Source: Kofleriaceae bacterium
GTDB taxonomy: Bacteria > Myxococcota_A > Polyangia > Haliangiales > Haliangiaceae
Length of the DNA stretch: 64,000 bases
Direction: 5' to 3'
Assembly: GCA_048500355.1 (NCBI GenBank)
Contig: JASNYD010000006.1
Coordinates: forward strand, 288,211 to 352,210
The stretch's first letter is position 1. Each line of letters begins with the position of its first letter. The notes beneath the pieces are model-generated. The model saw nothing but the letters and a program-made list of their open reading frames with translations, was not told where the DNA came from and did no database searches. Positions 35,379 through 47,825 of the stretch are shown one piece after another. A program made the translations under genes and the position numbers.

Positions 35379-36236
35379 ATGGTGCCCGAGCCCGCCGCCG
35401 GCCCGGATCGCGACGCGCCGCGCGGCGGGGCCTGGTATGCCATCGGCGACGTCCAGGGCTGCATGGACAGCCTCGAGCGGCTGCTCGCCGCGATCGCCTA
35501 CGACCGCGGGCGCGACCGGCTGTGGCTGGTGGGCGATCTGGTCAACCGCGGCCCGCGCTCGCTCGACGTGCTGCGCTGGGCGCGCGCCCAGGGCGACGCG
35601 GTGGAGGTCGTGCTCGGCAACCACGATCTCCACCTGCTGGCCCGCGTCGCCGGGGTCGCGCCGGCCAGGCGCCGCGACTCGCTCGACGACGTGCTGGCGG
35701 CGGCCGATCGCGACGAGCTCGTCGACTGGCTGCGTACCCGGCCGTTCGTCCACGCCGCCGCCGGCCACGTCCTGGTCCACGCCGGCCTCCACCCCCGGTG
35801 GACGGTGGCGCGAGCGCGCGCGCTCGCCGCGGAGCTCGAGGCCGGGCTCGGCGGCGACGACTGGCGGGCGTGGCTCGGCCAGCTCGGCAACGGCGCGCCG
35901 GCCTGGCGCGACGACCTGATCGGCGCGGCGCGGGTGCGCGCGCTCCTCGCCTGGTTCGTGCGCGTGCGCTGCGTCGACGGCGACGCCGCGCCGGTCACCG
36001 ACTTCGACGGCCCACCCGAGGACGCGCCGGCCGGCGCCGCGCCCTGGTACGCCGCGCCCGAGCCGGCGTGGGCCGATCACGTCGCCGTCTTCGGCCACTG
36101 GGCGGCGCATGGCCTGCGCCTGGGCGAGCGATGGATCGCCACCGACGCCGGCTGCGTGTGGGGACGCGCCCTGGCCGCGGTCCGCCTGCCCGAGCGCGCG
36201 GTGACCCAGGTGAAGAGCGTCGAGGCGGCGAGCTGA
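35379..36236 (+). CDS. apaH: Bis(5'-nucleosyl)-tetraphosphatase (symmetrical), ApaH
   Basis: Metallophosphoesterase motifs are in ApaH order and spacing: GDVQGC, LWLVGDLVNRGPRS, VLGNHDLHLL, VHAGL. Confidence 0.8.
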   Translation: MVPEPAAGPDRDAPRGGAWYAIGDVQGCMDSLERLLAAIAYDRGRDRLWLVGDLVNRGPRSLDVLRWARAQGDAVEVVLGNHDLHLLARVAGVAPARRRDSLDDVLAAADRDELVDWLRTRPFVHAAAGHVLVHAGLHPRWTVARARALAAELEAGLGGDDWRAWLGQLGNGAPAWRDDLIGAARVRALLAWFVRVRCVDGDAAPVTDFDGPPEDAPAGAAPWYAAPEPAWADHVAVFGHWAAHGLRLGERWIATDAGCVWGRALAAVRLPERAVTQVKSVEAAS

Positions 36237-36273
36237 CGGCGCGGCCGGCGCGGCCGGCGCGAGGACGCGGCCG

Positions 36274-37068
36274 TCAGCGGCAGGTCGGCTGCGCCCCGAG
36301 CACGCCGGCGTCGCCGGGCCGGGCGTCGCCGAGCGTGGCCGGGAGGTACACGCCCTGCTGGCGGCAGGCGGCGGCGGTGCTGGCGCCGACGTAGAACGCG
36401 CTCGCGCCGCGCCGCACCTGCAGGTAGACCTCGCCGACGCCCTCGGTGGAGCTGGGGCCGACCGGCAGCACGACCTCGTCGGTCGCGCCCGGCGCGATCG
36501 TGGCCACGACCTCGCACGCGTGCGGCCCCCAGCTCGCGACGCAGCGCTCGACGGCGACCGGGTCGGGTGCGGCGCTGTAGAAGACGAAGCGGGTGGCGTC
36601 GGGATCGGCCGTCGCCGCGGGGACGAAGGTCCACGCCGCGGCCTGGCCGCGCTCGCCGTGGAGGAACGCCCAGGCGTAGGCGTCGTCGCCGGGCGCGGCC
36701 GCCCCCGGCACGTCAACCGCGGCGCTGGCCACGACCTGCTCGTCGTCATCGACGATCTCGACCAGGTGACCGCCGCCGGCGAGCAGGACGCCGAGGCCGT
36801 TGCCCTCGCCCAGGTAGCGGGCGAACTCCCAGCCGGTGTCGCTCTCCCAGACCACGTCGAGCCCGTCGACGCGGAGCCGGAGCCCGTCGCGGGTGGGCTC
36901 GGGCAGGAAGGACGACGCCACCAGGAGCCCCTGTCCGGGGGGCGGCGCGGCGTCGAGGCGTGACGCGACCAGGGTCTGGGTCGGACGCACGTCGGTGGTG
37001 CAGCCGGCGACCAGGGCCAGGAGCGTCGAGGGGATGAGGGCGGTGCGGACGGGGTTGATGACCTTCAT
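36274..37068 (-). CDS. Hypothetical lipoprotein
   Basis: ATG at 37068 gives MKVINPVRTALIPSTLLALVAGCTT (lipobox). 264 aa, protein-like. Upstream track ORF is junk. Confidence 0.55.
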   Translation of the reverse strand: MKVINPVRTALIPSTLLALVAGCTTDVRPTQTLVASRLDAAPPPGQGLLVASSFLPEPTRDGLRLRVDGLDVVWESDTGWEFARYLGEGNGLGVLLAGGGHLVEIVDDDEQVVASAAVDVPGAAAPGDDAYAWAFLHGERGQAAAWTFVPAATADPDATRFVFYSAAPDPVAVERCVASWGPHACEVVATIAPGATDEVVLPVGPSSTEGVGEVYLQVRRGASAFYVGASTAAACRQQGVYLPATLGDARPGDAGVLGAQPTCR

Positions 37069-37183
37069 GCTAGCTTGGACGACGGTCCCCGGGCCCAGGG
37101 AAAACGTCGCGGCGGCAGCTCGTCGCGCACCGGCGCCGTGATGATCGGCTTTCCCTGGACGCCCGCTCGATCGTCCAACCCTC

Positions 37184-38095
37184 GTGCGCCCCCTCGCCGC
37201 CGTCATCGCCGCGCTCGCCGCCGCCTGGCCGGGCGGGGCGCGCGGGGACGACGGGCCGGTGGCCGGGCCGGTGATCGTGATCGTGCGCGACGCGACCGTG
37301 CCCGAGACCGTCGAGGCGGAGCTCGCGCCGCGGATCCGGGCCTGGCTCGAGGCCGCGCCGGTGGAGGTGGCGGTGGTGGAGATCGCGATCGCGGACGGCC
37401 ACGCGATCGTGATCGTCGATGGTCGGCGCCGCGAGATCGAGCTGGGGCCGTGGGACGGCCCGACCAGCTCGCGGCGGATCGTCTCGCACGTCGTCGATCT
37501 GGCCCAGGGCGCGGCCCAGCTCGCGCCGCTCGCGCCGCTCGCGCGGGAGCCGTCGTCGGCGACGACCGCGCCGGTCGCGGCGGCGGCGGCGGTGGCGTCG
37601 ACCACCGCGGCGGCGCCCCGGGTGACCGTGGTCGCGACCTCGCGCCTGGGGCGCGGGCTCGACGCCACCGATCCGTGGACCCTCGGCCTCGGGGCCGAGC
37701 TCGGGCTCGCGCGCGGGCGGTGGCGCGCCGCGGTCGGCCTGGGCTGGAGCCACGCCGCGACCCACCGCCCGGGGACGCCCGAGGAGAGCCGCCACGACGC
37801 GTGGCCGGTGGCCGCGATCGGCGCGGTCGCGCTGGGGCCGCTCGAGCTGGGCGCGCGCGCCGTCGTCGCCCCGGGGCGGCTCGGCGGCGCGATCACGGCG
37901 AGCCCGGTCCACGCCGGCGTGGCGGCGATCGTGCGCTGGCGGCCGGGCCTGGCCGCGGCGCCCGGCCTCGTGCTCGACCTCGGCGTCGAGGCCTGGGCGC
38001 AGCGCCTCGCCGTGACCATCGCCGGGGTGCCGGTCTTCACCAGCCCGCGGGTCGCGCCGTACCTGGGGCTCGGCCTGGGCTGGGGGTGGCCGTGA
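37184..38095 (+). CDS. Secreted protein (N-domain, Pro/Ala linker, C-terminal beta-strand-rich domain) leading an ECF sigma operon; paralogous to the gene at 60332-61432
   Basis: MRPLAAVIAALAAAWPGGARG is a signal peptide. The C-terminal region ...LGLGAELGLARGRWRAAVGLGWSHA...YLGLGLGWGWP parallels ...VGAGLELGLWLVRDTLALEVVGTRW...RLGVEVGWR of the other copy. Its TGA overlaps the sigma GTG. Confidence 0.55.
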   Translation: MRPLAAVIAALAAAWPGGARGDDGPVAGPVIVIVRDATVPETVEAELAPRIRAWLEAAPVEVAVVEIAIADGHAIVIVDGRRREIELGPWDGPTSSRRIVSHVVDLAQGAAQLAPLAPLAREPSSATTAPVAAAAAVASTTAAAPRVTVVATSRLGRGLDATDPWTLGLGAELGLARGRWRAAVGLGWSHAATHRPGTPEESRHDAWPVAAIGAVALGPLELGARAVVAPGRLGGAITASPVHAGVAAIVRWRPGLAAAPGLVLDLGVEAWAQRLAVTIAGVPVFTSPRVAPYLGLGLGWGWP

Positions 38096-38676
38096 AGGGC
38101 GCGACGGCGGTGGCGGCGGCCGAGCTCGAGCGCGACGACGAGCTGGTGCGCGCGGCCCAGGGTGGCGACCGCCGCGCGTTCACGCGGATCTTCCGGCGCC
38201 ACGCCGACCGCGTCCACACCCACCTCACGCGGCTCGTCGGGCCGGTGCCCGAGCGGGACGACCTGGTGCAGCAGGTGTTCCTGTCGTTCCACCGGGCGCT
38301 GCCCGGCTTCCGCGCCGAGGCGTCCCTGGCCACGTTCCTCCACCGCATCACCGTCAACGCCGCCTTCGACCACCTGCGCGGCCGTCGCCGCGCCGCCGCG
38401 CCGCTCGAGCCGGCCGAGGTCGAGCGCCTGCTCGATCCCGGGCTCGATCCGAGGCAGCGCGCCGAGACCCGCGACGACCTGGTGCGGCTGTTCCGCCTCC
38501 TCGATCGCCTCGCCGCGCCCAAGCGCATCGCGTTCGTGCTGGTGGCGATCGAAGGCCTGTCGCTGGCCGAGGCCGCCGCGCTGGTCGACGCCAGCGCCGA
38601 CACCGTCAAGCAACGGGTGCGCGCCGCACGGCGCGAGCTGGACGTGCTCATCCGTCGGGAGGATCGCGATGTCTGA
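38092..38676 (+). CDS. ECF (sigma-70 family) RNA polymerase sigma factor
   Basis: GTG start overlaps the upstream stop (GTGA). Region 2 is DDLVQQVFLSFHRALPGFRAEASLATFLHRITVNAAFDHLR and region 4 is RIAFVLVAIEGLSLAEAAALVDASADTVKQRVRAARREL. Confidence 0.8.
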   Translation: MKGATAVAAAELERDDELVRAAQGGDRRAFTRIFRRHADRVHTHLTRLVGPVPERDDLVQQVFLSFHRALPGFRAEASLATFLHRITVNAAFDHLRGRRRAAAPLEPAEVERLLDPGLDPRQRAETRDDLVRLFRLLDRLAAPKRIAFVLVAIEGLSLAEAAALVDASADTVKQRVRAARRELDVLIRREDRDV

Positions 38677-39741
38677 CCGCTGGCTCGATCGCTCGCTGGG
38701 ACACCTCGCTCGGCTCGAGGCGCCGCTCGACGACCTCGGCCGGGCCCGCCTCGAGGCCAGCCTCGAGCGCGCGCTCGACGACGTCGGCGCGGCGGCGCCT
38801 CGGCCGGCAGCCGGCGGCGCGGCCCGGCGCCGGCGCCGGCGCTGGCTGACCGTCGCGGCCATCGGCGTCGCGACCGTGACGCTCGGCGCGGCGGCCGCCG
38901 CCGTGCTCGAGCTCGGGCGCGCCGCCCCGCCGCGGCCGGCGCCCGCGTCGCCAGGAGCGGCGCCGGAGGAGCGGGGCGGGCCGGGCCGCGGACGGTCCCC
39001 GGCGGTGGGCGCGCCGGGCGAGGCGCCCAGCGAGCTGCCGGCGACCGCGCCCGACGAGCTGCCGGCGACCGCGCCCGACGAGCTGCCGGCGACCGCGCCC
39101 GACGAGCTGCCGGCGACCGCGACCGCGGCGCGCGCGCGCCTGGCGCGCCGGCTGCGCGCGCGCCCGACGCGACGGCGACGCGCGCGCCCGACGCGCGCCT
39201 GGCTCCCGCGCCGGGCGCCCCGGCGGCGCTCGCCCCGGCGCCGGGCACCACACCGGGCGGCGACGTCGAGACCGCCGCCGCGCTGTTCGAGCGCGCCGAG
39301 CGCGCCCTCGCCGCCGGCGATCGCGACGGGGCGCGGGCCGCGCTGCGACGGCTCCTCGATCGGTTCGCGGGCGAGCCGCTCGCCGACGACGCGCGCTACC
39401 AGCTCGCGCGCCTGGCTCGCCACGATCCACCGGCGGCCCTGGCCTACCTCGACGCCATCCGCAGCCCGTCGCTCGCCGAGCCTGCCGCCTTCCTGCGCTG
39501 CGCGGTCAAGGCCGACGCCGGCCACGCCGACGCCGCGACCTGCCTGGAGGCGTTCCGCCAGACCCACCCGCGCTCGGCCCACGGCGACGACGCGCTGCTG
39601 CGGCTGGCCGAGCTCCACTTCCGCCGCGGCGACTGCGCCGGCGCCGCTCCGCTCCTCGCCGACTTCCTGCGGCGCCACCCCGACCACGCCCAGGCCCGCG
39701 CCCGGCTCGCCCGCTGCCAGGATCCGGGCGCCGCGCGCTGA
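38669..39741 (+). CDS. Anti-sigma factor (N-terminal anti-sigma region, one TM helix, Ala/Pro linker with 4 x 30 bp tandem repeats, C-terminal TPR domain); the reading frame appears disrupted between about 38950 and 39180
   Basis: ATG overlaps the sigma stop by 8 bp. Frame A gives MSDRWLDRSLGHLARLEAPLDDLGRARLE...RRWLTVAAIGVATVTLGAAAAAVL (TM) ...ELPATAPD x4, then degenerates into Arg-rich junk. Frame C from about 39120 gives ...APDARLAPAPGAPAALAPAPGTTPGGDVETAAALFERAERALAAGDRDGARAALRRLLDRFAGEPLADDARYQLARL... (TPR) and ends with TGA at 39741. The frame switch is not resolved. Confidence 0.5.
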
Positions 39742-39830
39742 CGCGCCTCGCCCCCCAGCGCGGGGAGCGCGATGGCCGCGCGCGGGCGTCGCCTCATGCA
39801 CGCCGGCGTCGCCGGGCGTATGCTCGCACC

Positions 39831-40364
39831 ATGAGCGAGGCCGAGCGGTACGACGAGAGGCTCGCGGCGGCGCGCGCACACCCCGGGCTGGCGACGGCGA
39901 TGGCGACGCCGCCGACGACCTGGCTGACGCTCGCCGTCGTGGTCGTCGCGGGGATGGCGCTGTCGATCGTCCTCACCGTCACCTTCTATCCGTGGGACGA
40001 TCTCGACCGCATCCCCGAGGGCGTGCGCGCGATCCTGATGGTGTCGTGGCTGCCCACGATCGCCGCCTCGGTCGCCTCGCTCTGGCTCCTGATCGACGCC
40101 CTCCGCCTGGCCAGCCAGCCCACGCGCCACCTCCTGGCGGTCGCCGAACCCGGGCCGCGCGGGCCGGCGCCCTTCTTCCTGGACCTGGTCACCGAGGACG
40201 GCCAGCGCCACCGCTGCCGGGCCCGCCGCCGCGCGGCGTCGGTGGTCAAGCTCGGCCTGGTCACGCCGGGCGACGTCGGGATCGCCGTCTGCAAGGGCGA
40301 GGTCGTCGTCGAGTGGGTGCCGTTGCCTCCGGTGCCGGCCGGCCGCGTGTACGATCGGGTCTAG
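39831..40364 (+). CDS. Hypothetical membrane protein
   Basis: Two TM helices (WLTLAVVVVAGMALSIVLTVTF, AILMVSWLPTIAASVASLWLLI). 177 aa. Confidence 0.5.
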   Translation: MSEAERYDERLAAARAHPGLATAMATPPTTWLTLAVVVVAGMALSIVLTVTFYPWDDLDRIPEGVRAILMVSWLPTIAASVASLWLLIDALRLASQPTRHLLAVAEPGPRGPAPFFLDLVTEDGQRHRCRARRRAASVVKLGLVTPGDVGIAVCKGEVVVEWVPLPPVPAGRVYDRV

Positions 40365-40365
40365 C

Positions 40366-40495
40366 GCGGTCGGGCGCGGTCGGGCGCGGTCGGGCGCGGT
40401 CGGGCGCGGTCGGGCGCGGCAGGCGCGGCAGGCGCGGCAGGCGCGGTCTGGCGCGGCGGGCGCGGTCTGGCGCGGCGGACGCGGTCGGGCGCGCC
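40366..40495. repeat. 10-bp tandem microsatellite (gcgcggtcgg x6, gcgcggcagg x3, and degenerate units) between convergent genes
   Basis: Read directly: ctagcgcggtcgggcgcggtcgggcgcggtcgggcgcggtcgggcgcggtcgggcgcggcaggcgcggcaggcgcggcaggcgcggtctggcgcggcgggcgcggtctggcgcggcggacgcggtcgggcg. Confidence 0.7.
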
Positions 40496-40510
40496 GGGCG
40501 GTTCGACATC

Positions 40511-41695
40511 CTAGCCGCGGGCCGCGGCCTCGCGCAGGAGCGCGCGGGCGATGACCAGACGCTGGATCTCGCTGGTGCCCTCGTAGATGCGGGTGACGCG
40601 GGCGTCGCGGTACAGGCGCTCGACCGGGTAGTCGCGCGAGTAGCCGTAGCCGCCGTGGAGCTGGACCATGCGATCGACCACCCGGCCGCAGGTCTCCGAC
40701 GCGAAGAGCTTGGCCATGCTGGTCTCGGCCGCGGCCTTGTGGCCGGCGTCGAGCATGCGGGCGCCGCGCAGGGTGAGCAGCCAGGCGGCGTCGAGCTCGG
40801 TGCGGCTGTCGGCGAGCACGAACTGGGTGTGCTGGAAGTCGGTGAGCACCTGGCCGAAGGCGCGGCGCTCGCGCCCGTAGGCCAGGCCGCCGGCCAGCGC
40901 CGCCTCCGCCAGGCCCAGCGACAGGGCGGCGATGCCGAGCCGGCCCGCGCCCAGCGCCGACAGCGCGATGGCGTAGCCGCCGCCGCGCTCGCCGATCCGG
41001 TGCTCGTCGGGGACGCGGCAGTCCTCGAGGTGGAGCGCCACGGTGCCCGAGGCGCGCTGGCCCATCTTGTCCTCCTCCTTGCCGATCACCAACCCCGGGG
41101 TGCCGCGCTCGACCACGAAGGCGCTGATGCCGGTCGCGCCCGGGCCATCGCTGCGGGCGAAGACCAGGTGGAAGCCGGCGTGGGCGCCGCTCGTGATCCA
41201 CATCTTCGTCCCCGTCAGCACCCAGCCGTCGCCGTCGCGGCGGGCCGAGGTCGTCAGCGCCGCGGCGTCGGAGCCGCACCCCGGCTCGCTCAGCGCGAAG
41301 CTGGCCGGGCCGAGCAGGCCGCGGGCGTAGGGCGCCAGCCAGCGCGCCTTCTGCGCCGGGGTGGCGTGATCGGCGAGGATCCGCGCCACCAGGTTCGACG
41401 ACGCCAGCACCACCGCGGTCGAGGCGCAGGCCCCGGCGATCGCCTCCATGGCCAGGACGTAGCCGACGTTGTCGGCGCCGCCGCCGCCGTCCTCGAGCGG
41501 CACCTTCATGGCCAGCAGCCCGAGCTCGCCGAGCGCGCCGATCTCCTCGAGCGGGAAGCGGCCGTCGCGGTCGCGCGCCGCCGCGCGCGGCGCCAGCCGC
41601 CCGCGCGCGAAGGTGCGGGCGGTGGCCATGATCATGAGCTGCTCGTCGGTGAGGGACGGGTCGATCCGGGACAGCCTGGGGTCGGTGCCTGCCAT
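40511..41695 (-). CDS. Acyl-CoA dehydrogenase
   Basis: ACAD N, middle and C-terminal domain motifs are present (…[21 protein letters not shown]…[17 protein letters not shown]…[23 protein letters not shown]…). Confidence 0.9.
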   Translation of the reverse strand: MAGTDPRLSRIDPSLTDEQLMIMATARTFARGRLAPRAAARDRDGRFPLEEIGALGELGLLAMKVPLEDGGGGADNVGYVLAMEAIAGACASTAVVLASSNLVARILADHATPAQKARWLAPYARGLLGPASFALSEPGCGSDAAALTTSARRDGDGWVLTGTKMWITSGAHAGFHLVFARSDGPGATGISAFVVERGTPGLVIGKEEDKMGQRASGTVALHLEDCRVPDEHRIGERGGGYAIALSALGAGRLGIAALSLGLAEAALAGGLAYGRERRAFGQVLTDFQHTQFVLADSRTELDAAWLLTLRGARMLDAGHKAAAETSMAKLFASETCGRVVDRMVQLHGGYGYSRDYPVERLYRDARVTRIYEGTSEIQRLVIARALLREAAARG

Positions 41696-41865
41696 CGTGC
41701 GCTCCTTGCCGGGATCCGGGTGCGCGCCGCGATCCGCGCCGGCGCCGCCCGCACGTCGACGCGCGGGTACGGCGGGCTGGAGGGTCGGCGCCTGGATCCG
41801 TATCTGCCCCAGGGGGCGCCGCCAGGGGAAGCCCCCCGCCTCCCGATCTTGACAGGTGAGCTGTC

Positions 41866-42372
41866 ATGATCCTCGATCGAGCGATGCGGTCGCGCCCCCC
41901 TCGCAAGCTGCGCAAGCGCCACGTCGGCGGTGAGCTCCGCGCGGTCGTCGACGAGACCATCGCCCTGTTCCATCGCGTGCGCTGGGTCGCCGAGCAGATC
42001 TACGGCGAGGAGGGACGCTCGACCGCGCGCCGCGGCATCCTGCGCGGCCTCGCCCGCTACGGCCCGCGCACGGTGCCCCAGCTCGCCCGCTCGCGCTCGG
42101 TGACCCGCCAGCACACCCAGAGCGTGGTCGACGAGCTCGCCGCCGCCGGCCTGGTGACGCTGGTCGACAATCCCGCCCACGCCCGCTCCCGCCTGGTCCG
42201 GATCACGCCCCGCGGCGCCGCCCTGGTGGCGCGCCTCGACGCGGTGGACGCCCGGGTCCTGGCCGCGATCGGCCACGGCCTGACCACGCCCGCCCTCGCC
42301 GTCACCGTGCGCACCCTGCGCGCCGTCCGCGAGGCCTTCGAGGACGAGGCCCGCTGGCGCGCCGCGCTGTGA
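41866..42372 (+). CDS. MarR-family transcriptional regulator
   Basis: Winged-HTH core GILRGLARYGPRTVPQLARSRSVTRQHTQSVVDELAAAGLVTLVDNPAHARSRLVRITPRGAAL. Divergent from the acyl-CoA dehydrogenase gene. Confidence 0.8.
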   Translation: MILDRAMRSRPPRKLRKRHVGGELRAVVDETIALFHRVRWVAEQIYGEEGRSTARRGILRGLARYGPRTVPQLARSRSVTRQHTQSVVDELAAAGLVTLVDNPAHARSRLVRITPRGAALVARLDAVDARVLAAIGHGLTTPALAVTVRTLRAVREAFEDEARWRAAL

Positions 42373-42610
42373 GCCCCGCCGCCGCCTCGGCCGGCCGCCG
42401 CCGTGCCGTACGCCTCGGCCGCCGCCGCCGCGCGCCGCCGCGGCGCCGCCGCGCGCCCACGCCCGATGTGGCGACTCAGCCAGCCGGTTGCCGCTCTGCC
42501 GGCGACGTCCGCCCGTTCGACCTCGCAGCGATTCCGACGCCGAGACGCCGCGAAGGCCCTGTCGGAGGTCCTCGACCTGCGCCAAACCTCCCAACGAACG
42601 GCGTCGGCAC

Positions 42611-42712
42611 GTCGGCCTTCGACACGCCCTCGCTGGCGCTCGGGCGGCTCAGGCCGACCGGAGAGATTGGCTCGCCGTTTGTTTCCCGCAACCTCCGACC
42701 GCGGTCGGTGAA
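42611..42712 (-). repeat. Second, inverted copy of the palindromic dispersed element seen at 9514-9895 (single unit plus tail)
   Basis: gtcggccttcgacacgccctcgctggcgctcgggcggctcaggccgaccggagag matches the reverse complement of 9841-9895 base for base. The following ...gtttcccgc..ctccgaccgcggtcggtg matches the repeat unit with a few substitutions. Confidence 0.75.
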
Positions 42713-42740
42713 GAGCTCAGGGTGTGCGGGTCTCTTCTGA

Positions 42741-43690
42741 TCCGGGTCCGAGCTCGGATCCGAGCCCGAGCCCGAATCCGAATCCGAGCCCGAATCCGAA
42801 TCCGAATCCGAGTCCGAATCCGAATCCGAATCCGAGCCCGAGACCGAGACCGAATCCGAATCCGAGTCCGAGACCGAATCCGAGCCCGAGACCGAGACCG
42901 AATCCGAGCCCGAGACCGAGACCGAATCCAGCCCGAGCCCGGATCCGAGCCCGAGACCGAATCCAGCCCGAGCCCGGATCCGAGCCCGAGCCCGGATCCG
43001 AGCCCGAGCTCGAAATCCGAGACCGAGTCCGAGACCGAATCCGAATCCGAGCCCGCGACCGAATCCGAGCCCGAGACCGAGACCGAATCCGAGACCGAAT
43101 CCGAATCCGAGTCCGAGACCGAATCCGAGACCGAGACCGAGACCGAATCCAGCCCGAGCCCGGATCCGAGCCCGAGCCCGGATCCGAGCCCGAGCTCGGA
43201 TCCGAGCCCGGATCCGAGCCCGAATCCGAATCCGAGCCCGAATCCGAATCCGAGACCGAATCCGAATCCGAGCCCGAATCCGAGCCCGGATCCGAGCCCG
43301 AGCCCGAGCCCGAGTCCGAGCCCGAATCCGAATCCGAGCCCGAGCCCGAGTCCGAGCCCGAATCCGAATCCGAGCCCGAGACCGAGTCCGAGCCCGACTC
43401 CGAGACCGAATCCGAGACCGAATCCGAATCCGAGCCCGAATCCGAATCCGAGCCCGAATCCGAATCCGAGCCCGAGCCCGGATCCGAGCCCGAGTCCGAG
43501 CCCGACTTCGAGACCGAATCCGAGACCGAATCCGAATCCGAGCCCGAATCCGAATCCGAATCCGAGCCCGAATCCGAATCCGAGCCCGAATCCGAATCCG
43601 AGCCCGAATCCGAATCCGAGCCCGAATCCGAGCCCGAATCCGAATCCGAGCCCGAATCCGAATCCGAGCCCGAGACCGAATCCGAGCCCG
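42741..43690. repeat. ~950 bp hexanucleotide microsatellite (CCGAGC/CCGAAT/CCGAGA-type units, about 155 units) in an intergenic region
   Basis: Direct reading shows tccgagcccgaatccgaatccgagcccgagaccga... continuously. Every translation frame switches between [18 protein letters not shown] (or on the other strand GFGLGL, SDSG) motifs, so unit-level indels break any single frame. This is interpreted as non-coding. Confidence 0.85.
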
Positions 43691-43699
43691 AACGCTCCG

Positions 43700-43940
43700 G
43701 GCCCCGCGCCGCCGGTGCACGCCGTGCCTCGGCTCGAATCGGCGGATGTCGGGGCGCCCCGCGCGGCCGGTGCACGCCGTGCCTCGGCTCGAATCGGCGG
43801 ATGTCGGGGCGACCGGGCCCCGCGCGGCCGGTGCACGCCGTGCCTCGACTCGAATCGGCGGATGTCGGGGCGCCCCGTGCCGCCGGTGTACGCCGTGCCT
43901 CGGCTCGAATCGGCGGATGTCGGGGCGCCCGGCCCCGCGC
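43700..43940. repeat. Four tandem copies of a ~57-62 bp unit (ccggtgcacgccgtgcctcggctcgaatcggcggatgtcggggcgccccgcgcgg)
   Basis: The unit is read directly four times with small variations (units begin near 43712, 43768, 43830, 43885). A short gcgaggcgccgc duplication follows. Confidence 0.75.
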
Positions 43941-44005
43941 CTGGGCGAGGCGCCGCCCCGCGCCGGGCGAGGCGCCGCGCGGCGGATGGCCAGGCGTCCG
44001 GCGCG

Positions 44006-45208
<1,203 letters not shown>

Positions 45209-45217
45209 GTCAGCCGA

Positions 45218-47266
<2,049 letters not shown>

Positions 47267-47329
47267 GGCGCGGCCGGCGCGTTGTACGCGAACCCCGGCG
47301 GGGGCGCAAACCCGCAGGGCCCCGGCCGG

Positions 47330-47776
47330 TCAGGGCCGGCGCCGGCGCGAGCGCACGACCATCGCCGCCGGCAGGACCCCGTCGGCCTCGAGCGCCCGCA
47401 GCCGCTCGCCGAGCGGGCGCAGGACGGCCAGGCGCGCCGGATCGGCGGCGTGGGCCTCGCACAGGGCGGAGTGGCGCTCGCGGGCGGTCTCGTCGGGGTA
47501 GTCGCCGGGGTGGGCGAGGACGTGGGCCAGGGCGCAGACCGCGGCGCGGAAGGCGAGGTCCTCGCTCACCTCCCCACCGGCCCCGGCCCCGCCGCCCGCG
47601 GCGCCCGGCCCGGCCGCCCCGCCGGCCGCGGCGTCCCCACGCAGCCCGCCCGCGCCGCCCGCTCCGTCGTCGGACGAGCCCCCGGCCGCCGCCAGCGCCC
47701 GCGCGGCCTCGACGTCACCGCGCTCGGCGCGCTCCACCAGCGCCACGAGCGCGTCGAGATCGCGACCGGCCACCAC
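47330..47776 (-). CDS. Possible small hypothetical protein with a Gly/Ala low-complexity centre
   Basis: MVAGRDLDALVALVERAERGDVEAARALAAAG...EDLAFRAAVCALAHVLAHPGDYPDETARERHSALCEAHAADPARLAVLRPLGERLRAL. The termini look protein-like but the call is weak in this GC context. Confidence 0.3.
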   Translation of the reverse strand: MVAGRDLDALVALVERAERGDVEAARALAAAGGSSDDGAGGAGGLRGDAAAGGAAGPGAAGGGAGAGGEVSEDLAFRAAVCALAHVLAHPGDYPDETARERHSALCEAHAADPARLAVLRPLGERLRALEADGVLPAAMVVRSRRRRP

Positions 47777-47825
47777 CCGCGGAGCGTAGCGCGTCCGGGC
47801 GACGCCGTCCGGTAGCGGTGGGGGA

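Noticed and set aside
42741-43690. Microsatellite read as a coding low-complexity protein (PNPS-rich, SE/TE-rich, or minus-strand SD-repeat or GFGL-repeat)
   Set aside because: No frame is maintained across the array. There is no credible start, signal peptide or flanking globular domain. It lies between two convergent stops.
42476-43836. Minus-strand ORFs translating to (RIRA)n or (GFGLGL)n
   Set aside because: They are translations of the hexanucleotide repeat and are not genes.
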